Assembly (NCBI RefSeq): GCF_034680285.1
Contig: NZ_JAXITC010000002.1
Location: forward strand, 139,633 to 203,632
Reading direction: 5' to 3'
DNA length: 64,000 bases
DNA from: Limnohabitans sp.
GTDB taxonomy: Bacteria; Pseudomonadota; Gammaproteobacteria; Burkholderiales; Burkholderiaceae_C
Positions 36,964 to 47,029 of this stretch are shown here, piece by piece (position 1 is the stretch's first letter; each line of letters starts with the position of its first letter). A model generated the notes under the pieces. The model did no database searches and was not told the origin of the DNA. It saw nothing but the letters and a program-made list of their open reading frames with translations. The position numbers were made by a program, and so were the translations under genes.

Positions 36964-37172
36964 TGTTCGGATTCAGTGAAGAACAATTTGCTTGGTTTGG
37001 CCTGACCATTGGTGTTGGGGCCTTCATGCTGTACATGCTTTTCATCATTGGTCAGCTGGCCTGGGAATCCAAAGCTGGCAAATTTGGAACTTTTGTGATT
37101 TTTTTAGGCTTGGCTTTTGGCATGCTGGGTTTTGTGGCCAAAGGGGTCATCCAATGGCTGATCGGTGGCTGA
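36963..37172 (+). CDS. DUF2788 family membrane protein
   Basis: YMLFIIGQLAWESKAGKFGTFVIF-GL. Confidence 0.85.
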   Translation: MFGFSEEQFAWFGLTIGVGAFMLYMLFIIGQLAWESKAGKFGTFVIFLGLAFGMLGFVAKGVIQWLIGG

Positions 37173-37457
37173 AAACCGACCGGGATAAACCTGTGGATAA
37201 AAACCATGGAATCTTATGGTTATCCACAGCTTGGTCTGCCATGGCCAAGTTGTTCATTTTGACGTGACACCAAAAAATCAGACTCACACACACCCTTGAA
37301 AGCAAGATAAGTCTATGTCACTGCTCAATAAACATGACTTGTGCACAGATCTGGCCTTTGCTTACTACTACGACTATTTAAAGATATAAAACTAAAGAGA
37401 GATAGCAAAGAAGAAGTGCGCTGTTAAGATTTGCATCTTTCCATCCCAGTCTGCACC
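37173..37457. other. Putative chromosomal replication origin (oriC)
   Basis: Perfect DnaA boxes TGTGGATAA (37192-37200) and TTATCCACA (37220-37228); degenerate TTGTGCACA (37339-37347); GATC, GGCC; DnaA-trio run TTA-CTA-CTA-CGA-CTA (37362-37376); then an AT-rich tract. parS/parAB lie 8-13 kb to the right. Confidence 0.75.
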
Positions 37458-38228
37458 ATGGCGATCGTTTCAGAAGACCCTTCTCAACCCTGTTACGACA
37501 TCAAAAGCGCTGATTTGTCTTTGTTGGCTTTGTTACTCAAGACCACTGACATCACTGCTGTTTCATTGGCATTGAAGCAACAATTGTCTGAGACACCTGG
37601 TTTTTTTGACCAAGATCCTGTGGTGGTGGATGTGAGTGCTTTGGGTCTAGACGCCGATCAAACACTGGACTTGCCATCATTGATGGCTGTTTTGCGAGAG
37701 CATCAATTGGTTCCCTTGGCCATCAAAGGTGCCCACGAGGCACTTTTATTGCAAGCCAAGGGGCTGGGCTTGGTAGATGCTTCAGATGCCCGAATTCGGC
37801 GTTCTGTGGCTGTTGAACAGCCATCGATGCCGGAGACTGCACCTGCCCCCATCGTTTCACAGCCTGCCACGGTAGCCCCATTGGGCGCGATGGTCATTGA
37901 TAAACCTTTGCGATCAGGTCAGCAGGTGTATGCCAAAGGGCGAGACCTGATTGTTTTGGCCATGGTCAACGCAGGTGCTGAAGTGATTGCCGACGGGCAT
38001 ATCCATGTTTATGGTGCATTGCGTGGCAAAGCCATTGCAGGTGCGCGGGGCAACACACAAGCGCAAATCTTTGCCCAAGTGATGGAGCCTGAGTTGATTT
38101 CCATCGCGGGTGTTTACCGCACCAGCGAAAATGCTTTACCCAAGGATGTTCTGGGCCAAGTGGCCCAGGTGTGTTTGCAATCTGGCCCTGATGGGGACAA
38201 ATTGCTGATCACAGCCCTCAAGTCCTAA
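37458..38228 (+). CDS. minC: Septum site-determining protein MinC
   Basis: PLRSGQQVYA, VNAGAEVIADGHIHVYGALRGKAIAGA. The ORF track starts at TTG 37431. Confidence 0.95.
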   Translation: MAIVSEDPSQPCYDIKSADLSLLALLLKTTDITAVSLALKQQLSETPGFFDQDPVVVDVSALGLDADQTLDLPSLMAVLREHQLVPLAIKGAHEALLLQAKGLGLVDASDARIRRSVAVEQPSMPETAPAPIVSQPATVAPLGAMVIDKPLRSGQQVYAKGRDLIVLAMVNAGAEVIADGHIHVYGALRGKAIAGARGNTQAQIFAQVMEPELISIAGVYRTSENALPKDVLGQVAQVCLQSGPDGDKLLITALKS

Positions 38229-38258
38229 TTTTTCAATCGAGTCCAAGAAAGTTTTTCC

Positions 38259-39074
38259 ATGGCAAAAATCGTTGTTGTGACCTCTGGCAAAGGCGGCGTG
38301 GGTAAAACCACGACCAGTGCCAGTTTCGCTACCGGCCTGGCCCTCAGGGGCTTCAAAACCGCTGTCATTGACTTTGATGTGGGTCTGCGCAATCTGGACT
38401 TGATCATGGGCTGTGAACGCCGCGTGGTGTATGACCTGATCAATGTCATCCAGGGCGAAGCCAACCTGAACCAAGCCCTCATCAAAGACAAGCAGTGCGA
38501 GAACTTGTATGTGTTGGCAGCTTCGCAAACCCGTGACAAAGACGCTTTGTCGCAAGAAGGTGTTGAAAAGGTATTGAACGACTTGAGCGGCATGGGCTTC
38601 GAGTACATCGTGTGCGATTCGCCTGCAGGTATCGAGACGGGTGCCTTGATGGCCATGCACTTTGCCGATGAGGCTTTGGTGGTGACCAACCCCGAAGTGT
38701 CTTCGGTGCGCGATTCCGACCGCATTTTGGGCATGTTGGGCAGCAAGACCAAACGCGCCATTGAGGGATCTGAACCCATCAAAGAGCACTTGCTCATCAC
38801 CCGTTACAACCCCAACCGGGTGGAAGAAGGACAGATGTTGTCCTTGCAAGACATTCAAGACATTCTGCGCATCAAGTTGTTGGGCGTGATTCCTGAAAGC
38901 GAAAACGTGTTGCAGGCTTCTAACCAGGGCACACCCGCGATTCACATGGCCAACAGCGATGTGTCGGAAGCCTACAAAGATGTGATCGATCGCTTCTTGG
39001 GTGAAGACAAGCCGATGCGCTTCATCGAAGCAGAAAAGCCTGGTTTCTTCAAACGTTTGTTTGGAGGCAAGTGA
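38259..39074 (+). CDS. minD: Septum site-determining ATPase MinD
   Basis: TSGKGGVGKTT, DFDVGLRNLD, DSPAGIE, C-terminal amphipathic helix GFFKRLFG. Confidence 0.98.
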   Translation: MAKIVVVTSGKGGVGKTTTSASFATGLALRGFKTAVIDFDVGLRNLDLIMGCERRVVYDLINVIQGEANLNQALIKDKQCENLYVLAASQTRDKDALSQEGVEKVLNDLSGMGFEYIVCDSPAGIETGALMAMHFADEALVVTNPEVSSVRDSDRILGMLGSKTKRAIEGSEPIKEHLLITRYNPNRVEEGQMLSLQDIQDILRIKLLGVIPESENVLQASNQGTPAIHMANSDVSEAYKDVIDRFLGEDKPMRFIEAEKPGFFKRLFGGK

Positions 39075-39077
39075 GCC

Positions 39078-39338
39078 ATGTCCTTTCTTTCCTTCCTGCT
39101 GGGTGAAAAGAAGAAAACCGCCAGCGTTGCCAAAGAGCGCTTGCAGATCATCTTGGCCCATGAGCGCAGTGGTCGTAACGTTGCCGAGCCCGATTACTTG
39201 CCTGATTTGCAGCGTGAGTTGGTGGCGGTGATCAGCAAGTACATCAAGATCAATCCCAACGACATCAAAGTCAATTTGGAACGTCAGGACAATCTGGAAG
39301 TGCTCGAAGTCAAAATCGAACTGCCTGACGCACGCTGA
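39078..39338 (+). CDS. minE: Cell division topological specificity factor MinE
   Basis: [35 protein letters not shown]. Confidence 0.97.
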   Translation: MSFLSFLLGEKKKTASVAKERLQIILAHERSGRNVAEPDYLPDLQRELVAVISKYIKINPNDIKVNLERQDNLEVLEVKIELPDAR

Positions 39339-39365
39339 TTTTTTTCGGTCCAACCGCACATGAAC

Positions 39366-39394
39366 CATCGCCTTGAAAAAGGCGATGTTTTTTT
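39366..39394 (+). terminator. Rho-independent terminator of minCDE
   Basis: Stem CATCGCCTT / loop GAAA / AAGGCGATG, followed by T7. Confidence 0.85.
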
Positions 39395-39409
39395 ATGGGT
39401 GTCCTTGTT

Positions 39410-42400
39410 TTACTGAGCGCTCAGTGAAGCCCACAGAGTCCGTGCTGCACGGATGTTGCGTTCTTTGACGTGACCAAAACCTTTGATGTTCTCAGGCACG
39501 CGTGCCACATTGACCGCATGGGTGTGTGAATCGGCTGTCAAGTTCTCCAGCACGTCATCGATGTGTTGCACATATTCGCGTATCAAAGCACGCTCGGTTT
39601 GGCGCTCTTCGGTTTTGCCAAAGTAGTCCAGCTTCGTGCCGCGTAGTCCTTTGAATTTGGCCAAAATTTTGAACCCTGTCAGCATGATCGGTCCAAACTT
39701 GCGCTTGACCAATTCGCCTTGGCTGTTGTGTTTGGCCCAAAGTGGCGGGGCAAGGTGGAAGTGCACTTTGAAGTCGCCTTCAAAGCTATTTTGAATGCGC
39801 TCCATGAAGCCTGTTTGGGTGTGTAGACGGGCGACTTCGTATTCATCCTTGTAGGCCATCAAGCGGTACAGCTGACGAGCCACGGTGTCGCTGAGCAGGG
39901 TCTTGCCCAAAGGTGCTTCGGTGGCCTGAACGCGTGCCACGATGCTTTGGTAAAGCTGTGCGTAAGTGCTGTCTTGGTAGTCGGTCAAACGTGCCATACG
40001 GTCGGCTATCAGGTCTTCTAAAGAATCGCGTTTTTTGAACTGGATCACCTGTTTGGGGTGCATTTGTGCCATCAGCGCATCCAACTGGTGCGCGGCGTGG
40101 CGTCCCCATTCAAAAGCGGCCAGGTTGTTTTTGACTTGCACATCGTTGAGCTCGATGGCCCGCACCAAAGACTCGCGGTGCAAAGGCACCCAACCCTTTT
40201 GCCAGGCGTAACCCAGGATCATGGGGTTGACGTAAATTGTGTCGCCCATCAGTTTTTTGGCCAAAGCATCCGCATCAAAAGCACCGACGCCTTCCACGCC
40301 GACTTGCGCTGTGATTTCGGCCACGCATTGCTCGGCCGGGTTTTGCCAGTTGCCGTTTTTCACAAAAGCGGCAGTGGGTGTGCTGTTGCTGTTCAGGGCT
40401 ACATGGGTGCGGCCCGCGCGCATGCGCAAAGTGGTTTCTTTGGATGCGCTGACGATCGGGTCACAACCGATGATCAAGTCGGCTGCGGCCATGCTCACAC
40501 GCGTGGTGCGGATCTCGTCTTGGTGGTTGGCCAACAAGATGTGGCTCCAGGTGGCGCCGCCTTTTTGGGCCAAGCCTGCAGAGTCTTGTGTGACGATGCC
40601 TTTGCCTTCCATGTGCGCAGCCATGCCCAGCAGCTGGCCGATGGTGATGACGCCAGTGCCGCCCACACCGGCCACCACCATGCCCCAGGGTTCGTGGATG
40701 GTGGGCAGAGTAGGTTCTGGCAATGCGCCCAGGCTGGCTGGGTTGATGCTGGTGGTGGTCGAAGTGGCTTTCTTTTTGAAAGTGCCGCCTTCCACCGTGA
40801 CAAAGCTGGGGCAAAAGCCTTTGAGGCAGCTGGTGTCTTTGTTGCAGGTGCTTTGGTTGATGGTGCGCTTGCGGCCCAAAGGGGTTTCAAGAGGTTCGAC
40901 CGACAAGCAGTTGGACTGCACACCGCAGTCGCCACAGCCTTCGCACACTTCTTCGTTGATCATCACGCGCACGGCGGGGTCGACCATGGTGCCGCGTTTG
41001 CGGCGGCGGCGTTTTTCGGTGGCGCAGGTCTGGTCGTAAATGATGACGGTGGTGCCTTTGATTTCGCGCATTTCGCGTTGGATGCGGTCAAGTTCGTCGC
41101 GGTGGAACACACGCACGCCATCCACTAAAGCCACGCCGTCGTACTTCTCTGGCTCGTCGGTCACCACCACAATTCGCCCTGCACCTTCCGCCTTCATGCT
41201 CATGGCGATTTGCACCACACTGTGGCCTTCGGCACGCTCACCCACAGGCTGGCCACCGGTCATGGCCACCGCGTCGTTGTACAAAATCTTGTAGGTGATG
41301 TTCACACCCGAAGCCACGCTTTGGCGCACGGCCAAGATGCCGCTGTGGAAATAGGTGCCGTCGCCGATGTTGGCAAAAATGTGCTGGTCGGTGCAGAAGG
41401 GTTGCTGGCCCGTCCATGGCACGCCTTCGCCGCCCATTTGGGTGAAGCCCGTGGTGCTGCGGTCCATCCAGAGGCTCATGAAGTGGCAGCCAATGCCCGC
41501 CATGGCGCGTGAACCTTCGGGCACCTTGGTGGAGGTGTTGTGGGGGCAGCCTGAACAGAACCAGGGAGTGCGGTCGGCGGCCGCGCCCAAGGTCAATGTT
41601 TGCAAGGACTTTTCTTTGGCGTCCAGCACAGCCAGGTGCGCGTCGATGCTGGCCGTCGTGTCGGCATCCACGCCCAGTTTTTTCAGGCGTTTGGCAATGG
41701 CCCTTGCAATCAAGGCTGGGGTCAGGTCGGCGTTGGCCCGCAGCAATGTGCGTTGGGTAGGATTGGGCGTCGACCATTCGCCGCCTGAGGTGTCGCCATC
41801 GGCTTCGTCGAATTTGCCCACGATGGCGGGGCGTACATCGTCGCGCCAGTTGTACAGCTCTTCCTTGAGTTGGTACTCGATGACTTGGCGCTTTTCTTCG
41901 ACCACCAAAATCTCGCGCAATCCGGTGGCGAATTCGCGGGTGGTGTGCGATTCAAGTGGCCAGACCACGCCCACCTTGTGCACCCGGATGCCTAGGCGCT
42001 GGCAGGTGGCGTCGTCCAGACCCAGATCGAGCAAGGCTTGTCGCGTGTCGTTGTAGGCCTTGCCGCTGGCGATCAGGCCAAACCGATCGTTGGGCCCCTG
42101 GATGACGTTGTGGTTGAGCTTGTTGGCGCGGATGTAGGCGAGAGCCGCATACCACTTGTAGTCGAACAAACGCGCTTCTTGTTCCAGCGCAGTGTCTGGC
42201 CAGCGGATGTGCACGCCACCGGGCGGCATCACAAATTCGGGCAGCACGATTTGCACGCGCTCGGGGTCGATGTACGCGGTGGCGCTCGACTCGACAATTT
42301 CCTGGATGGTCTTCATGCCCGACCAGATGCCCGCAAAACGGCTGAGCGCGAGGGCGTGCAAGCCTTGGTCCAGGATGTCTTGCACGCTGGCCGGGAAAAA

Positions 42401-42946
42401 CACGGGCAGGCCGCAGGCCTTGAAGATGTGGTCGCTCTGGTGCGCGGCGGTGGAGCTTTTGGCCACATGGTCGTCGCCCGCCACGGCCAGCACGCCGCCC
42501 CAAGGCGTGGTGCCCGCCATGTTGGCGTGCTTGAACACGTCCGAGCAGCGGTCCACGCCTGGGCCTTTGCCGTACCAGATGCCGAAGACACCGTCAAACT
42601 TGTTGGTGCCTGGGGGTGCAAAGCCCAGTTGTTGCGTGCCCCACAAAGCGGTGGCGGCCAGCTCTTCGTTGACGCCGGGCTGGAACACGATGTGCTGGGC
42701 TTTGAGGTGGTCCTTGGCCTTCCACAATGACTGGTCGTAGCTGCCCAAGGGCGAACCACGGTAACCGCTGATGAAGCCCGCCGTGTTTTTGCCTTGCAAG
42801 GCGTCGCGCTGGCGTTGCAGCATGGGCAGTTTGACCAGGGCCTGCACGCCACTCATGAAAGCGCGGCCCACATCGAGGCTGTACTTGTCGTCCAGCGTTA
42901 CCGTCTCTAAAGCCTGGCGGATCGATTCGGGCAAGGGAGCGTTCAT
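39410..42946 (-). CDS. Indolepyruvate ferredoxin oxidoreductase family protein (fused alpha/beta)
   Basis: FISGYRGSPLG, WYGKGPGVDR, FCSGCPHN, ILYNDAVAMTGGQ, CEGCGDC, GVGGTGV, GLAQKGG, YKDEYEVARL. Confidence 0.95.
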   Translation of the reverse strand: MNAPLPESIRQALETVTLDDKYSLDVGRAFMSGVQALVKLPMLQRQRDALQGKNTAGFISGYRGSPLGSYDQSLWKAKDHLKAQHIVFQPGVNEELAATALWGTQQLGFAPPGTNKFDGVFGIWYGKGPGVDRCSDVFKHANMAGTTPWGGVLAVAGDDHVAKSSTAAHQSDHIFKACGLPVFFPASVQDILDQGLHALALSRFAGIWSGMKTIQEIVESSATAYIDPERVQIVLPEFVMPPGGVHIRWPDTALEQEARLFDYKWYAALAYIRANKLNHNVIQGPNDRFGLIASGKAYNDTRQALLDLGLDDATCQRLGIRVHKVGVVWPLESHTTREFATGLREILVVEEKRQVIEYQLKEELYNWRDDVRPAIVGKFDEADGDTSGGEWSTPNPTQRTLLRANADLTPALIARAIAKRLKKLGVDADTTASIDAHLAVLDAKEKSLQTLTLGAAADRTPWFCSGCPHNTSTKVPEGSRAMAGIGCHFMSLWMDRSTTGFTQMGGEGVPWTGQQPFCTDQHIFANIGDGTYFHSGILAVRQSVASGVNITYKILYNDAVAMTGGQPVGERAEGHSVVQIAMSMKAEGAGRIVVVTDEPEKYDGVALVDGVRVFHRDELDRIQREMREIKGTTVIIYDQTCATEKRRRRKRGTMVDPAVRVMINEEVCEGCGDCGVQSNCLSVEPLETPLGRKRTINQSTCNKDTSCLKGFCPSFVTVEGGTFKKKATSTTTSINPASLGALPEPTLPTIHEPWGMVVAGVGGTGVITIGQLLGMAAHMEGKGIVTQDSAGLAQKGGATWSHILLANHQDEIRTTRVSMAAADLIIGCDPIVSASKETTLRMRAGRTHVALNSNSTPTAAFVKNGNWQNPAEQCVAEITAQVGVEGVGAFDADALAKKLMGDTIYVNPMILGYAWQKGWVPLHRESLVRAIELNDVQVKNNLAAFEWGRHAAHQLDALMAQMHPKQVIQFKKRDSLEDLIADRMARLTDYQDSTYAQLYQSIVARVQATEAPLGKTLLSDTVARQLYRLMAYKDEYEVARLHTQTGFMERIQNSFEGDFKVHFHLAPPLWAKHNSQGELVKRKFGPIMLTGFKILAKFKGLRGTKLDYFGKTEERQTERALIREYVQHIDDVLENLTADSHTHAVNVARVPENIKGFGHVKERNIRAARTLWASLSAQ

Positions 42947-43065
42947 GGTCTGTCCTGCGACTGAAATAGAAATCACAGTGTAGAGCGTGCCTGTCGACAA
43001 GTGCTTGCTTTCGGAGACAGGATTTGCCCTATGATTTGAAAGAATCTTGCTCAAAGAGGCCTATT

Positions 43066-43533
43066 TTGGAAACATTGGATAAATTTGACTGGGCGATCCT
43101 GAACGAATTGCAAAAGGACGGACGGCTGACCAATGCCGAACTGGCGCAGCGTGTGGGTTTGTCTGCAGCGCCATGTTGGCGTCGCGTGCGGGCGCTGGAG
43201 GAGTCGGGCGTCATCAAAGGCTACCGCGCGGAGATCGATCGACAAAAGGTGGGGCTGGATGTGCTGGCCTTTGTGCGCTTGGATGCTGAACGCAATCGGG
43301 GCGACATCACGCGCCAACTGGAAGAGGCGATTCGCATGATTCCCGAGGTCGTTTCATGCCATTACATCAGCGGCACCGGCACCTTTGAGCTGCAGGTGGT
43401 CAGCAAAGACCTGAACACCTTCAGCCAGTTTGCCCGTGATGTGTTGATCAACCTGCCCAATGTGAAAGACCTGCACACCAGCTTTTCACTGGGCGAGGTC
43501 AAGGCGGCAGGGGCCTTGCCATTGCGTTTTTGA
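43066..43533 (+). CDS. Lrp/AsnC family regulator
   Basis: LDKFDWAILNELQKDGR, GLSAAPCWRRV; TTG start after GAGG; divergent from the oxidoreductase. Confidence 0.9.
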   Translation: METLDKFDWAILNELQKDGRLTNAELAQRVGLSAAPCWRRVRALEESGVIKGYRAEIDRQKVGLDVLAFVRLDAERNRGDITRQLEEAIRMIPEVVSCHYISGTGTFELQVVSKDLNTFSQFARDVLINLPNVKDLHTSFSLGEVKAAGALPLRF

Positions 43534-43650
43534 GTCTGTGTGGAATCTGGCACCTGCCTGTAAAATAAGCAGCTTCAACCGACCCCGTGGCAGGGCGGTC
43601 TCCGGCGCAGGCGGTGCCTATTTTTGGCCTTTATTCAAGGCGGACTTCTC

Positions 43651-45633
43651 ATGCTTTACCCTCAAGAATTCGATGTGATCGTGGTTGGTGGCGGCCATGC
43701 CGGAACCGAAGCCGCGCTCGCGTCCGCCCGCATGGGCTGCAAAACGCTCTTGCTCAGCCACAACATCGAGACGCTGGGGCAGATGAGCTGCAACCCCAGC
43801 ATTGGCGGCATTGGCAAGGGGCACTTGGTCAAAGAGGTCGATGCTTTGGGCGGTGCCATGGCCTTGGCGACCGATGAGGGCGGCATCCAGTTCCGCATTC
43901 TCAACAGCTCCAAAGGTCCAGCCGTGCGCGCCACCCGCGCCCAGGCCGACCGCATTTTGTACAAGGCCGCCATCCGCCGCATGTTGGAAAACCAGCCCAA
44001 CCTGTGGCTGTTCCAGCAGGCCGTGGACGACCTGATGGTTGAAGGTGACCGCGTGGTCGGCGCTGTGACGCAAGTCGGCATCCGTTTCCGTTCGCGCACC
44101 GTGGTGCTGACGGCGGGCACTTTCCTGGATGGCAAGATCCATGTGGGTTTGCAGAATTACGCGGCGGGCAGGGCAGGCGATCCGCCGGCGGTCAGTCTGT
44201 CGGCGCGGCTCAAGGAACTGAAGCTGCCGCAAGGCCGCTTGAAGACCGGCACACCACCGCGTCTGGATGGCCGGACTATTGACTTTTCCAAATGCTTGGA
44301 ACAACCCGGCGACGGTGTGCCCGGCGGCATGAACCCCGAGGGCGGGGTGCCGGTGTTCAGCTTCATGGGCAACGCAGGCATGCACCCGCAGCAAGTGCCG
44401 TGCTGGATCACCCACACCAACGAGCGCACACATGACATCATCCGCTCCGGTTTTGACCGCAGCCCCATGTTCACCGGCAAGATCGAGGGCGTGGGCCCGC
44501 GCTATTGCCCGAGTGTGGAGGACAAGATCAACCGCTTTGCCGACAAGGACAGCCACCAGATTTTTCTGGAGCCCGAAGGTCTGACGACGCACGAGTACTA
44601 CCCCAACGGCATCTCGACCAGCTTGCCGTTTGACATCCAGTACGACCTGGTGCGCTCGATGAAGGGCCTGGAAAACTGCCACATCCTGCGCCCCGGCTAT
44701 GCGATCGAATATGACTACTTTGACCCGCGGGCTTTGAAGAACAGTTTTGAGACGCGCCAGATCAATGGCCTCTTCTTTGCTGGGCAGATCAATGGCACCA
44801 CCGGTTACGAAGAAGCTGCTGCACAGGGATTGTTTGCGGGCATCAATGCCGCGCTGCAATGCCGGGGCGAAGCAGCTTGGACGCCAGCGCGCGACCAAGC
44901 TTATTTAGGCGTATTGGTGGACGACTTGGTGACCCAGGGTGTGACCGAGCCCTACCGCATGTTCACCAGCCGCGCCGAGTTCCGTCTGCAGCTGCGCGAA
45001 GACAACGCCGATGCGCGCCTGACCGAAGTGGGCCGGCAAATGGGCTTGGTGGACGACGCCCGCTGGGATGCCTTCAGCCGCAAACGCGATGCTGTTTCAC
45101 GTGAAACAGAGCGTCTCAAATCGGTTTGGGTGAACCCACGGAACTTGCCTGCCGAAGAATCGGTTCGTGTCTTGGGCAAAGCCATTGAGCACGAACACAA
45201 CCTGTTTGATTTGCTGCGAAGACCGAATGTGAGTTATCCGGCCCTGATGACGCTCGACGGCGGTCGCATGGCCAGCGCAGATGTTTCACGTGAAACATTG
45301 GGCGACCTGAGCCCCTCGGTGATTGAGCAGGTGGAAATTGCCGCCAAGTATTCCGGCTATATCGACCGTCAAAAAGGGGAGGTGGAGCGGGCTGCGTTTT
45401 ACGAGCACCTGCGCTTGCCCGAGAGTCTGGACTACATGCAGGTGTCGGCCTTGTCGATCGAGGCGCGCCAAAAGCTGGCCAAACACCGCCCCGAAACCCT
45501 GGGCCAGGCCTCTCGCATTTCGGGCATCACGCCTGCCAGCGTGTCCCTGCTCTTGATCCACCTGAAAAAGGGTGGCTTCAAAGGCTTCATGCAAGCCACA
45601 GAAGATCGTGTTGAGATGGGCGTGCAGGCATGA
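43651..45633 (+). CDS. mnmG: tRNA uridine 5-carboxymethylaminomethyl modification enzyme
   Basis: [48 protein letters not shown]. Confidence 0.98.
   Translation: MLYPQEFDVIVVGGGHAGTEAALASARMGCKTLLLSHNIETLGQMSCNPSIGGIGKGHLVKEVDALGGAMALATDEGGIQFRILNSSKGPAVRATRAQADRILYKAAIRRMLENQPNLWLFQQAVDDLMVEGDRVVGAVTQVGIRFRSRTVVLTAGTFLDGKIHVGLQNYAAGRAGDPPAVSLSARLKELKLPQGRLKTGTPPRLDGRTIDFSKCLEQPGDGVPGGMNPEGGVPVFSFMGNAGMHPQQVPCWITHTNERTHDIIRSGFDRSPMFTGKIEGVGPRYCPSVEDKINRFADKDSHQIFLEPEGLTTHEYYPNGISTSLPFDIQYDLVRSMKGLENCHILRPGYAIEYDYFDPRALKNSFETRQINGLFFAGQINGTTGYEEAAAQGLFAGINAALQCRGEAAWTPARDQAYLGVLVDDLVTQGVTEPYRMFTSRAEFRLQLREDNADARLTEVGRQMGLVDDARWDAFSRKRDAVSRETERLKSVWVNPRNLPAEESVRVLGKAIEHEHNLFDLLRRPNVSYPALMTLDGGRMASADVSRETLGDLSPSVIEQVEIAAKYSGYIDRQKGEVERAAFYEHLRLPESLDYMQVSALSIEARQKLAKHRPETLGQASRISGITPASVSLLLIHLKKGGFKGFMQATEDRVEMGVQA
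45093..45108. promoter_or_regulatory. parS site 1 (within mnmG)
   Basis: Perfect TGTTTCACGTGAAACA. Confidence 0.9.
45282..45297. promoter_or_regulatory. parS site 2 (within mnmG)
   Basis: Perfect TGTTTCACGTGAAACA (extends to an 18-bp palindrome). Confidence 0.9.
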
Positions 45634-46277
45634 GCGTGAATTTGGAGGCGGGCCTGCGCTCGGGTGCGCAAGCCTTGGGCTTGAGTCTGCCGGAGGGGCA
45701 AATCCAGCATTTGCTGGGCTACGTGGCACTCATCCAAAAATGGAACAAGGTCTATAACCTCACGGCGCTGCGCGACCCGGCGGACATGCTCACGCACCAC
45801 CTGTTGGACAGTTTGACCGCCATCGCCCCCTTGCGCCGGCACACTCAAGGCCAATCCGTCCGGGTGCTGGATGTCGGTTCGGGTGGTGGTTTGCCCGGGG
45901 TGGTGTTGGCCATTTGCATGCCCGAGCTGAATGTGAGCTGTGTGGACACCGTGGCCAAAAAAGCCGCGTTTGTGCAGCAGGTGGCCGTGAGCCTGAAGCT
46001 GCCCAACTTGCGTGGCCTGCATGCGCGGGTCGAATCCCTGACCGATCCGTACCAGGTCATTTGCTCCCGGGCCTTTGCCTCCTTGCCAGACTTTGTGACC
46101 TGGTCGCGTTCGGCTTTGGCCGTGGGCGGTGTCTGGATGGCCATGAAAGGCAAGCACCCGCAAGACGAAATCGATGCTTTGCCAGCGGACGTCAAAGTGT
46201 TTCACGTGGAACCATTGACGGTGCCAGACTTGGACGTCGAGCGTTGCATGGTCTGGTTGCGACCCCAAAACGACTGA
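45630..46277 (+). CDS. rsmG: 16S rRNA m7G527 methyltransferase
   Basis: [37 protein letters not shown]. Confidence 0.97.
   Translation: MSVNLEAGLRSGAQALGLSLPEGQIQHLLGYVALIQKWNKVYNLTALRDPADMLTHHLLDSLTAIAPLRRHTQGQSVRVLDVGSGGGLPGVVLAICMPELNVSCVDTVAKKAAFVQQVAVSLKLPNLRGLHARVESLTDPYQVICSRAFASLPDFVTWSRSALAVGGVWMAMKGKHPQDEIDALPADVKVFHVEPLTVPDLDVERCMVWLRPQND
46198..46213. promoter_or_regulatory. parS site 3 (within rsmG)
   Basis: TGTTTCACGTGGAACC, one deviation from consensus. Confidence 0.8.
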
Positions 46278-46285
46278 ATCGCTGT

Positions 46286-46301
46286 TGTTTCACGTGAAAC
46301 A
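46286..46301. promoter_or_regulatory. parS site 4 (intergenic, after rsmG)
   Basis: Perfect TGTTTCACGTGAAACA. Confidence 0.9.
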
Positions 46302-46378
46302 CGCGCCATGCGTGGTTTGAAAAAGAGCGGGCCGGGGCGCATCACTTACACTCGCCCCATCCCCTTGAAAGTACATGC

Positions 46379-46993
46379 ATGTTTGGTATTTCGGATTACG
46401 GCGCGTTTTCTGCGGCCTTTGTCCTGTTGTTGTTTTTACCCGGCCCAGGCAATTTGGCCTTGATCAGCTCGGCCAGCAAGGGTGGTTTGTCGGGTGGTCT
46501 GGCCTCGGTGCTCGGCCTGTTGGTGGGTGATCAGGTCTTGTTGTGGCTGACAGTGGCAGGTTTGGCGGCTGTGCTCACAGCTTTGCCACCCGTGTTTTTG
46601 GCATTGCAGTGGGCGGGAGCGGCCTATTTGACGTGGTTGGGTTTCAAAATGTTTACCGCTCAACCCGGAGAAGGCCCCAGCATCCAAATCACGCCCGGGC
46701 ATTACTTTCGCGAAACCTTGTTCATCACCTTGCTCAACCCCAAGGCGATCATGTTTTACTTGGCTTTTTTTCCTCAGTTCATTGACCCGGTCAACCATCA
46801 AGGCTGGATCACCTTTGCAGCGATGGCGCTGACCATTGTTGTTTTGGGCTTTATCTATTGTTTTGGGGTGGTGCTGGTGACGCATTTCATGGCCGAGCGG
46901 ATTCGTGCCCACCCCAAGCTTTCGAGTTTTTTGCAAAAAATGGCAGGGGTGTGTTTGATTGGCTTTGGTTTGAAGATGGTTTTCACCAAATAA
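46379..46993 (+). CDS. LysE/RhtB family exporter (LeuE-like), copy 1
   Basis: PGPGNLAL, GAAYL-WLG, TLLNPKAIMFYLAFFPQF. Confidence 0.9.
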   Translation: MFGISDYGAFSAAFVLLLFLPGPGNLALISSASKGGLSGGLASVLGLLVGDQVLLWLTVAGLAAVLTALPPVFLALQWAGAAYLTWLGFKMFTAQPGEGPSIQITPGHYFRETLFITLLNPKAIMFYLAFFPQFIDPVNHQGWITFAAMALTIVVLGFIYCFGVVLVTHFMAERIRAHPKLSSFLQKMAGVCLIGFGLKMVFTK

Positions 46994-47029
46994 TGGCCAA
47001 CGTGCCCGTGTGCTTTTTGAAAGTCTCTC

